A stretch of 64,000 nt of DNA from Candidatus Bipolaricaulota bacterium (GTDB lineage: Bacteria > Bipolaricaulota > Bipolaricaulia > UBA7950 > UBA9294): contig JBFMGK010000027.1 of the NCBI GenBank assembly GCA_040752575.1, positions 90,360 to 154,359 on the forward strand, given 5' to 3'. The notes under the pieces were generated by a model. The model was not told the DNA's origin and did not search any database. It was given only the letters and a program-made list of their open reading frames with translations. Shown in pieces: positions 41,205 through 49,315 of the stretch (positions are counted from its first letter, which is position 1; each line of letters opens with the position of its first letter). The position numbers were made by a program, and so were the translations under genes.

Positions 41205-42629
41205 ATGCGCGTTTTGTTTGTCGCTGCAGAGGTCACTCCGTTCGCCAAGACGGGCGGACTGGCCGATGTAGCTCTTGCTCTTCCGAGAGCCCTCGCGTCG
41301 TTGGGCGTCGAGGTCCTCGTGGTGATGCCCAAGCATCGCGCGGTTGCTGCGAAGGCGGAGTTGCTCGAAGCGGCGCGTTTCGAGGTCGCGCTGGGTTCCG
41401 GCACGAAACCCTGTGTCGCCTATTCGGCGGTGTTGCCGGACAGCCGTGTGCCGATCTATTTCCTGGGAAACGACGGCTACTTCGATCGCCCGGCGATCTA
41501 TGGGGAGGGGGGCGAATACCACGATGCACTCGAGCGCTTCGCTTTCCTGTCTCGCGGAGCCCTGGAACTCGCCGAGGCGCTTAGATGGAAGGCCGATCTC
41601 GTTCACGCCAACGATTGGCATACAGCGCTTCTTCCTGCCTACGTTCGGAGCGCCCGTCTGCCGCATACCCGCGACGCCAAGACCGTTCTGACCATACACA
41701 ATCTCTCGTATCAAGGATCCTTCCCGTGCGAACAGGCCGCCGTGACCGGGTTGCCCGAGGACGTCCTCGCGTCCTACGTCAGGGGCGACCGAGTGAACCT
41801 CCTGCGGGGCGGCATTCTGACCACTGATCTTGTGACGACGGTTTCTCCGACCTATGCGAAGGAGATTCTGGACGCGGGGGATGGGCTCGAGGAAGAGCTT
41901 CGGAGCCGCAAGGAAGCTCTTCACGGGGTGATCAACGGGATTGATGATCGCGTCTGGGATCCGGCAGCCGATCCGTTCCTATGGGCGACGTATACACGCG
42001 GAGATCTCGCGGGCAAGGCGAGGAACAAGGCCGAACTCCAGAAGGCTCTCGGGCTTGCCGAGGATCCGGGCGCTCCGCTCGTGGGGGCGATTTCGCGACT
42101 CGCGGAGCAGAAGGGGTTCGACCTCATCCTCGGGGCTTGGGATCGGATCATGGATACCGGGGTGCAGTTCGTCGTTCTCGGAACCGGATCGCCGGACGTT
42201 GAAGCCTTCTTCCGCGCCGCGGCGGAGCGGTCCAGAAGCCGCGTCGCGTCGCTGATCACGTTCTCCGAAGAGTGGGCTCATCGGATCGAGGCGGCGTCAG
42301 ACATCTTCCTCATGCCGTCGCGATTCGAGCCCTGCGGGCTAAATCAGCAGTACTCCCTGCGCTACGGCACGGTACCGGTCGTTCGCGCGACGGGCGGATT
42401 GCGTGACACCATCCTGGACGCTGACGCCGACCCGCAAAACGGGAATGGTTTCTCCTTCGAGCCGTACACCGCGGACGCGGTGTTGGACACCCTGGCGAGG
42501 GCGCTCGCCGTGTACCGACAGGCACCGGTGCGCTGGCAGGATATCCTCCGCCGCGGTATGGACCGCGACCTCTCTTGGGAGGGTCCCGCCAGAGCGTACC
42601 GCGACCTGTACCGCCAGGTCGTCTGCTAA
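41205..42629 (+). CDS. glgA: Glycogen synthase (GT5)
   Basis: KTGGLADV, HANDWHT, TIHNLSYQG, SRLAEQKG, PSRFEPCGLNQ, TGGLRDT. Confidence 0.96.
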   Translation: MRVLFVAAEVTPFAKTGGLADVALALPRALASLGVEVLVVMPKHRAVAAKAELLEAARFEVALGSGTKPCVAYSAVLPDSRVPIYFLGNDGYFDRPAIYGEGGEYHDALERFAFLSRGALELAEALRWKADLVHANDWHTALLPAYVRSARLPHTRDAKTVLTIHNLSYQGSFPCEQAAVTGLPEDVLASYVRGDRVNLLRGGILTTDLVTTVSPTYAKEILDAGDGLEEELRSRKEALHGVINGIDDRVWDPAADPFLWATYTRGDLAGKARNKAELQKALGLAEDPGAPLVGAISRLAEQKGFDLILGAWDRIMDTGVQFVVLGTGSPDVEAFFRAAAERSRSRVASLITFSEEWAHRIEAASDIFLMPSRFEPCGLNQQYSLRYGTVPVVRATGGLRDTILDADADPQNGNGFSFEPYTADAVLDTLARALAVYRQAPVRWQDILRRGMDRDLSWEGPARAYRDLYRQVVC

Positions 42630-43981
42630 GACCCTTCAACCCGGCGGTACGCTACAACCGCGTCAAGCGGTGCGAGGGTCAAGCGGGAGGGGAGCGGTTC
42701 GCCGCCGATCGCATCGACGTATGGGCCTTCGTCTCCGAGAGAGACGAAGGCCGCGTCCTTGGGGTCGGCATTCAGCGCGACCACGACCATCTCTTCGGGC
42801 GTGCGACGCTCCATCGTGAGGGCACGCCCCTCCGTCATGCCGAAAGCAAGGTCGCCGCGGCGCAGGGCGTCAGAGCGGCGGCGGAGAAGGGCCAGTGCGC
42901 GCGTTCGCGAGAGCAACTCGTCGTCCCAGCGTTCCGGCTGCCAGGGAAATGGCCGCCGATTGTCGGGATCCTCGCCGCCCTGCATGCCGATCTCGTCTCC
43001 GTAGTAGATGGCGGGCGCGCCGGGGAACGTGAAGAGAAACGTCGCGGCGAGAAGCAACCGTCGGCGGTCACCGTCACACAACGTGAGAAAGCGCGGTTTG
43101 TCGTGGCTGCCTAGAAGGGTCATCGAAGCGGCGTTGCCGTCCTCCGTATAGCTATGCCAGATGGACAAGACGCTAGCAACGAACCGCTCGGCGTCCCATC
43201 GCCCCTCGGCAAAGAAGGCAACGAGGCGCTCCCAGAGCTTGTAGTGCATGACGCCATCGAGGGCGTCGTGGCGAAACCAGGGCGTCCCGAGTCCCATCAC
43301 CTCTCCGAGGACGTACGTCTCCGCACGAGTCTCGTGGCTCACGCGGTAGATCTCTCGGACGAAGTCCGGCGGGAGGTACTCGGTTGTATCCAGTCGCCAG
43401 CCGTCGATTCCCAACGCTTCGATCCAGTAGCGCACCACCGACAGCAGGTACTCCCGCACGGTAGGATTCCGGAGGTTCCACTCGGGCATTCCGGGTACGC
43501 CGGCCCAGCAAGCGTAGTTTGGCTTCGGTCGCTTCTCGACCGAGGCTCCGCGGACGGTGAACCAGTCCCAGTAGGGCGAAGAGGATCCCCCCCTGACGAC
43601 GTCCTCGAAAAACGGATGCCGGTCGCTCGCGTGGTTGAACACGCCATCGAGGACGATCCGCATCTCGCGGTCGTGCAAGGCGGCGACGAGATCGGCCAGC
43701 GCCCCCTTGCCGCCGAGCCGCGGGTCGACCTGGTAGTAGTCCGTGGTGTCGTACCGGTGGTACGACGAAGCCGTGAAGATCGGCGTTAGGTAAAGCGCGT
43801 TGACGCCGAGTCGCTCGAGATAGGGAATCGCATCGCGCACGCCGACGAGATCGCCGCCTAAAACGTCGCGCGTTGCGGGCCCCGAAGCTGGCCAGCCGGG
43901 GTCTCGGCGCCGAAAGCGGTCCGGGAAGATCTGGTAGAAGACGGCGTCTTGAACCCAGGCTGGGGGACGGTGGGCGTTCAT
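42626..43981 (-). CDS. Cytoplasmic GH13 (cyclomaltodextrinase/neopullulanase-like, no N-domain)
   Basis: YQIFPDRF, HRYDTTDY, DGVFNH, DGWRLD, GE, LGSHD, YYGDEIG..GGEDPDNRR. Confidence 0.9.
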   Translation of the reverse strand: MNAHRPPAWVQDAVFYQIFPDRFRRRDPGWPASGPATRDVLGGDLVGVRDAIPYLERLGVNALYLTPIFTASSYHRYDTTDYYQVDPRLGGKGALADLVAALHDREMRIVLDGVFNHASDRHPFFEDVVRGGSSSPYWDWFTVRGASVEKRPKPNYACWAGVPGMPEWNLRNPTVREYLLSVVRYWIEALGIDGWRLDTTEYLPPDFVREIYRVSHETRAETYVLGEVMGLGTPWFRHDALDGVMHYKLWERLVAFFAEGRWDAERFVASVLSIWHSYTEDGNAASMTLLGSHDKPRFLTLCDGDRRRLLLAATFLFTFPGAPAIYYGDEIGMQGGEDPDNRRPFPWQPERWDDELLSRTRALALLRRRSDALRRGDLAFGMTEGRALTMERRTPEEMVVVALNADPKDAAFVSLGDEGPYVDAIGGEPLPSRLTLAPLDAVVAYRRVEGS

Positions 43982-43997
43982 GCGGCGCTCCTTTTGG

Positions 43998-45584
43998 TCA
44001 GGGAACGGAGAGGATGAGGGTCGAGAAGGGGGGGAGTACGGCATCCGTGACCACGATGCTCCCCGCGTCGTCGGCATGCCAGTGTGGCTCGTGAGCTTCC
44101 CCGAACACGACTCCCGGCGCTGCGACGCCCGACGACGCTCCAGACCAGCCCGCGAAGGTCAGGTCGCCGAGATCGATGCTGAGCGACGTGACGTTGTGAA
44201 CGACGAACAGCGACGTCGTGCCGAAAGACCTTGAGAAGGCCAAGAGGCCTGGGTGGGATGCGGTCAGTAAAGCCGTTTCCCCGTAACCCAAGGCGGGCGT
44301 GGCCTTTCGCAGAGCGATCAACGCGCGGTAACGCGCGTAGAGGGAGTCGGGATCCCTTGCCCCGTCAGAGACCGTGCGCGATGCCGCGTCGACCGAGAAA
44401 GGCTGCCACGGGATCGCTGACGTGAAGCCGAGCCCAGGTCCCGGTTCCCATGGCATGGGAGTTCGAATGCGCTCGTCGGGCTTGACCCCCGTCATGCCCA
44501 CCTCCTCGCCGTAGTAGAGGAAGGGAACGCCTGGCAGGGTCAGAAGAATCGCCGCCGCAAGCTTCGCGCGTCTCTCGTCCCCGCGCAGCCGGCTCATCGT
44601 GCGGTCCTGATCGTGGTTGCTGAGGAACGTGGCGAACCTCTCGCCCGGGTACGTTCTGAGTACCAGGTCGATGGCGCTCCGCATCGAGCGACCGTTTCCC
44701 GAAAGGACGCCTCCCAACACGGCCTCCGCGAGCGAAAACTCGAACGCGACGTCCAGCTCGCGGTCGAGGTACGGGACAATGGCCTCGGGGCGGTCCCACA
44801 CTTCGCCCACGAGGACGGCGTCGGGCTTCCAACCCTTGACCACCGCGGCAAATCCCTTGAGCCAGAAGTGCGTCGCGGCCGTGTTGGACAACGTGCCGTC
44901 GGTCTCGATCAGGTGCCGGATGGCGTCGAGGCGAAACCCATCGACGCCGACATCGAGCAGCCAGAACCGCGCAATGTCGAACACGGCTTGCGTCACGTGG
45001 GGGGTCCTGTAGTTGAGGTCGGGCATGCCGCTCCAGAACAGGCCGTAGTACCACGAGAGGCCCGCGCGGTGCCACACGGGTTGGCCCCAAGGTCCGGGAG
45101 CGAGCGACGGGCTGTTCGACCAGATGTACCAGTCTTGCCGCGCGCTTCCCGGAATCAGCGACTCCTGGAACCAGGGGTGAAGGTCCGACGTGTGGTTCAG
45201 GACGAGGTCGACGATCACGCGCAGCCCCCGGCGGTGCGCCTCTCGGACGAGCAACTTAGCATCCTCCAGCGTCCCATAGTCGGGTTCCACGGACACGTAA
45301 TCGGTGACATCGTAACCGTGGTAACTCGGCGACTCGGCGATCGGCATGAGCCAAAGGGCTGTCACGCCGAGATCCTCCTCCGTCGAAGGGTCTCCGTCGT
45401 TCAGCCAGTCCAGGCGCGCGATGAGGCCCGGGAGGTCGCCAATGCCGTCGCCGTCGGAGTCTTGGAAGCTGCGGACGAAGACCTCGTAGAACACGGCACC
45501 TTCCCACCAAGCGGCCGGCGACGGCGCGGCCGATGCCGCCCAGCCATAGGCGACGAGGAGCACGAAGAGCGTCAGCCTTCTCAC
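43998..45584 (-). CDS. Secreted GH13 alpha-amylase
   Basis: Signal peptide; FVRSFQDSDGDGIGD, DLVLNH, MPDLN, DGFRLDA, GEVW, FLSNHD; GTG start overlaps the malG stop. Confidence 0.9.
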   Translation of the reverse strand: MRRLTLFVLLVAYGWAASAAPSPAAWWEGAVFYEVFVRSFQDSDGDGIGDLPGLIARLDWLNDGDPSTEEDLGVTALWLMPIAESPSYHGYDVTDYVSVEPDYGTLEDAKLLVREAHRRGLRVIVDLVLNHTSDLHPWFQESLIPGSARQDWYIWSNSPSLAPGPWGQPVWHRAGLSWYYGLFWSGMPDLNYRTPHVTQAVFDIARFWLLDVGVDGFRLDAIRHLIETDGTLSNTAATHFWLKGFAAVVKGWKPDAVLVGEVWDRPEAIVPYLDRELDVAFEFSLAEAVLGGVLSGNGRSMRSAIDLVLRTYPGERFATFLSNHDQDRTMSRLRGDERRAKLAAAILLTLPGVPFLYYGEEVGMTGVKPDERIRTPMPWEPGPGLGFTSAIPWQPFSVDAASRTVSDGARDPDSLYARYRALIALRKATPALGYGETALLTASHPGLLAFSRSFGTTSLFVVHNVTSLSIDLGDLTFAGWSGASSGVAAPGVVFGEAHEPHWHADDAGSIVVTDAVLPPFSTLILSVP

Positions 45585-46438
45585 TCCTTCACGCCCCCCC
45601 TCGTCAACCCGGACACGAGCGATCGCTGCGACAGGATGAACACGATCACGAAAGGAAGCACGGACAGGACGGCTCCAGCCGCGAACATCCCCCACCGCTT
45701 CCCGAACTGGTCCGAAATCAGAAGCGACATTCCAACCGGAAGGGTGAACTGATTCGTGTCCCGCAGGATGAAGCTCGCGAGCAGGAGCTCAGAGTAGCAC
45801 GAGATGAAGGACAGCAGGAAAATCGTTGCCAGGATCGGGCGCGCGAGCGGGAGGACGATGTGGTAGAACGCCTGGAAGGGCGTCGCCCCGTCGACCTTCG
45901 CGGACTCCTCCAACGAGCGAGGAATCGTGTCGAAGTACCCTTTCATCAGCCACGTATTGAAGCCCATCGCTCCCCCGAGGTAAACGAGGATCAGGCCCGT
46001 GTGGGTGTTGAGTCCGGCCCAGGGGAAGAACTCGCCCAGGGTGAGGAGCAGAAGGAACAGCGCGACCATGGCCAACATCTGGGGAAACATCTGCACCAGG
46101 AGCAGACCGAGCAAGCCGACGCGACGTCCTTTGAACCGGAAGCGCGAGAACGCATACGCTCCGAGGGCTGTCAGCGCAACCGTAAGGGCCGAAGTGACCA
46201 CGGTGACTTTCATGCTGTTCCACATCCAGAGACCGAAACGGTAGCGGTCACTCGTCAGGAGGTCGCGATACTGCCGAAGCGTCGGGTTCGGCGGGATGAG
46301 CTTCTGGAACTGCATGCTGTCCAGATCGTTGAACGACGCGGAAACCATCCACAGGATCGGGAAGACGGCGAAGGCCACGGCGATCAGGAGCACCGCGTGG
46401 CGCCACAGGCTGCCGAGCCGGGAGTGCTTCTCATACAT
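45581..46438 (-). CDS. malG: Maltose/maltodextrin ABC permease
   Basis: YAFSRFRFKGR, QMFP, KGYFDTIPRSLEESAKVDGA (EAA loop). Confidence 0.92.
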   Translation of the reverse strand: MYEKHSRLGSLWRHAVLLIAVAFAVFPILWMVSASFNDLDSMQFQKLIPPNPTLRQYRDLLTSDRYRFGLWMWNSMKVTVVTSALTVALTALGAYAFSRFRFKGRRVGLLGLLLVQMFPQMLAMVALFLLLLTLGEFFPWAGLNTHTGLILVYLGGAMGFNTWLMKGYFDTIPRSLEESAKVDGATPFQAFYHIVLPLARPILATIFLLSFISCYSELLLASFILRDTNQFTLPVGMSLLISDQFGKRWGMFAAGAVLSVLPFVIVFILSQRSLVSGLTRGGVKE

Positions 46439-47990
46439 TCTTGCTCAACTCCTCGAGCGTTCCCGTCAGGCGGAAGTTGATCGCGCTGATCGTCGCGATG
46501 ATCAGGAAGATCAGGACCGAGATCGAGGCGGCGAGGCCGAGTTGATTGCCGCGCGCCCCCTCGAACGCCAACCGGTAGGTGTACGTGATGAGGACGTCGG
46601 TCGCCCCGGCGGGTGTCTGCGCGCCGATGATCGGCGGGCGGCCCTCGGTAAGAAGCCAGACGAGCGTGAAGTTGTTGAAGTTGAACGCGAAGCTGCCGAT
46701 CAGGAGCGGCGCGAGAGGCATCAACAGCAACGGCAGCGTGATGCGCCGGAACTGCTGCCCCCAGCGCGCGCCATCGACGCGCGCGGCTTCGTAGAGCGAG
46801 ACGTCGATCGACTGAAGCGCGCCGAGCGCGATGATCATCATGTACGGGAAGCCAAGCCAGAGATTGACGAGCAGCAGCGCCGCCCGCGCGCCCATCGCGC
46901 TCTCGAGCCAGGCAACGCGCGCCCCGGCTCCGAAGAGGGCGACGAGGATCTGGTTCACGACGCCGAAGTTCAGGTTGAGCATTCCTCGCCACACGAGGAT
47001 CGTCACGAAGGCGGGCACGGCGTAGGGCAGAACCGCGAGGACGCGGTAGACATGGCGCAGGCGCAAGAAGGGATCGTTCAGGAGCATGGCGAGCGCAAGG
47101 CCGAGCGAGAAGTTGAGCAGGACCGTGAGCCCGGCGAACACGAACGTCCAACCGAACACCGTGAAGAACGGACCGACGATGGCTGGACTCGTGAACAGCC
47201 GAAGGTAGTTGCCTAGGCCGACGGATCTGCGGTAGCCGGGGAAGATCTCCTCTCCGTCCTCGGCGGTGAAGATGCCCTCTTTGTCGGCGTATACCTTGCC
47301 CTTCTCGAGGTCGGTCATGGTCGCCGCCGCCCCGTCGTAGGCATAAAGGGGGCGCAGAACCGTGAAGTCCGGCAGGCTTCGGAGGCCGACAGGCTCGCCC
47401 TCCAGGTCGATGCGTAACGTCTGAAGCACCGCCAAGCGCTGGACAACCTCACGAAAATCCAGCCGCCGATACGTGGCCAGCACACGGTCGAACCGTCCGT
47501 CTCCATCGTCGTCTGCGGCGCGTTCGTCGGGGTCCAGCATCCTCGAAGCTTCACCGCCGGCGTAGAGGAAACGTCCCGAGGGGCCAGTCAGAACCAGGGC
47601 CAAATCTCCCGCGGGGTCTTCGAAGGCATCGAATGCGTACCGCGCCGCGTCGGGCGGTGAATACGTACGCTCGAGCAGCTGATGGACGGCCTGGGTCTTC
47701 GAGAGCATGTGGCCGGTGCCCACGTTGGTCGTCGAGGCCATGAATGTGTACCCGATCGGGTAGATGACCATGACAACGAGAAAGAGAACGCCCGGGGCGA
47801 GCCAGCGGAGAGGATAGGCCCGAGGTGAGAGGAAGAGGTAGATCAGTCCGCCGGCGCCCACGAGAGGCAGAACGGCGAGCACGGGGCTCCCGAGCCCGGC
47901 GAGCGAGATGGCCGCGAAGACGGCCAAACCGGCGATGAGGCTCAGGAAGACGATCTTCAACACCCAACGGAGCGCGTCGCTCGGGATCAT
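46431..47990 (-). CDS. malF: Maltose/maltodextrin ABC permease with large periplasmic loop
   Basis: LPYAVPAF, VNLWLGFPYMM, LYEAARVDGA, FAFNFNNF, AGATDVLITYTYRLAF. Confidence 0.92.
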   Translation of the reverse strand: MIPSDALRWVLKIVFLSLIAGLAVFAAISLAGLGSPVLAVLPLVGAGGLIYLFLSPRAYPLRWLAPGVLFLVVMVIYPIGYTFMASTTNVGTGHMLSKTQAVHQLLERTYSPPDAARYAFDAFEDPAGDLALVLTGPSGRFLYAGGEASRMLDPDERAADDDGDGRFDRVLATYRRLDFREVVQRLAVLQTLRIDLEGEPVGLRSLPDFTVLRPLYAYDGAAATMTDLEKGKVYADKEGIFTAEDGEEIFPGYRRSVGLGNYLRLFTSPAIVGPFFTVFGWTFVFAGLTVLLNFSLGLALAMLLNDPFLRLRHVYRVLAVLPYAVPAFVTILVWRGMLNLNFGVVNQILVALFGAGARVAWLESAMGARAALLLVNLWLGFPYMMIIALGALQSIDVSLYEAARVDGARWGQQFRRITLPLLLMPLAPLLIGSFAFNFNNFTLVWLLTEGRPPIIGAQTPAGATDVLITYTYRLAFEGARGNQLGLAASISVLIFLIIATISAINFRLTGTLEELSKNV

Positions 47991-47998
47991 GGGAAGTG

Positions 47999-48024
47999 GC
48001 GGGGCCGGCCGAAGCCGGCCCCGC
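47999..48024 (-). terminator. malE-malF intercistronic hairpin (mRNA stabiliser or attenuator)
   Basis: Perfect 11-bp stem GCGGGGCCGGC-TTCG-GCCGGCCCCGC with a cUUCGg tetraloop; no U-tract. Confidence 0.75.
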
Positions 48025-48030
48025 GGGAGA

Positions 48031-49233
48031 CTATTCGGTCGGGCAGCCGAGCGTGGTGCGGATCTGGTCGGCCGCGTTTTGCATGGCCGTTGCCGGGTCA
48101 AGCTGCTGGTTCACGATGAGCGCCAGCGCATCGGACCAGGCCGACCACACCGATCCCATCTGCGGGATCTTCGGCATCGGGAGACCGTTCGCAGCGCTTG
48201 CTGCGAACCCCTGGATGTCAGCGTTGCCGGTCAACTCGGCCAAAGCCGGGATGTAGGCCGGAGGCCGGCCGCCACGGTCGTAGAGGTCGAGCATGACTTC
48301 CTTCGTGACCAAGAAGTCCTTCACGAAGAGGTTGGCCAGGACCTTGTTGGCGCTAAACGCGCTGATCATGAAGCCCTGTACGCCGACGAAAACCTTCGGT
48401 GTGCCGCCGCCAATGGTTGGGATGGCCGCGACGCCGTAGTTGATCCCGGCCTTCACCGCATCGGGAAGCGTCCACGGACCGCCGATCATCGCGCCGAGCT
48501 TGCCCTGGTAGAACAGGCCCGTCACGAGGCTGTAGTCCGCTCCGGCGACCTCGATCCCTTCCTTGACCATCTGGTCGAGGACAACTGCGCCGGCAATCGA
48601 TCCGGCGTTGTCGAGACCGATGTCGCACGGGTCAAGCACTCCCTGCGCGTTGGTCCCGAAGATGTAGCCGCCGCCCGCCGAGTGGAGGGCGAACGTGTGG
48701 TAGGGATCGGGCTGCTGGATCAGGAGACCGTATGTTCCGGCCTCGGCATCGGTGAGCCCCTTGGCGATCGTCAGCAGGCCCTCGAACGTGCTGGGCAGCA
48801 CGGGGATGAGAGCCTTGTTGTAGATGAGTGCGACGTTCTCGGTCGCGTAAGGGACGCCATAGAGCTGTGCGCCCCACAGGAACGCGTCGATCGCGACCGG
48901 GTCAAACTCGTCGATCATGGCGCCGGGCAGGACGATCGGCTCGAGCAGCCCGTTTTGGATGAGCTCACCCAGCCAGTCGTGCGCGCCGATGAGGATGTCC
49001 GGACCCTCGCCCGCCGGGCCGGCGGTCGCGAGCTGCCCGCGCATGTCTCCAAAGCCCACTTCCTGAATCTCCACCTCGACGCCGTACGCTGCTGTGAACT
49101 GCGCTGCGACGATCTGCATGACGGGCGTGCGCGTGTCGTCCGCCCAGATGAGCAGCTTGCCGGCGACGCTGGCCGTCGTGGCCAATCCTGCGATGAGCAG
49201 GAGGCCCAGAACCAATACCGCGACTCGCTTCAT
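48031..49233 (-). CDS. malE: Maltose/maltodextrin-binding protein
   Basis: Signal peptide; GEGPDILIGAHDWLG, LIYNK, GPW, FVGVQG, MPKIPQMGSVW; AAGGAGG RBS. Confidence 0.92.
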   Translation of the reverse strand: MKRVAVLVLGLLLIAGLATTASVAGKLLIWADDTRTPVMQIVAAQFTAAYGVEVEIQEVGFGDMRGQLATAGPAGEGPDILIGAHDWLGELIQNGLLEPIVLPGAMIDEFDPVAIDAFLWGAQLYGVPYATENVALIYNKALIPVLPSTFEGLLTIAKGLTDAEAGTYGLLIQQPDPYHTFALHSAGGGYIFGTNAQGVLDPCDIGLDNAGSIAGAVVLDQMVKEGIEVAGADYSLVTGLFYQGKLGAMIGGPWTLPDAVKAGINYGVAAIPTIGGGTPKVFVGVQGFMISAFSANKVLANLFVKDFLVTKEVMLDLYDRGGRPPAYIPALAELTGNADIQGFAASAANGLPMPKIPQMGSVWSAWSDALALIVNQQLDPATAMQNAADQIRTTLGCPTE

Positions 49234-49315
49234 GGTCATTCCTCCTTGATGCGTTCTTCGTCCTCCGTCCCACGTTACGACGCGACTCTGTTCTCCGCCC
49301 TTTCTACACCACCTC

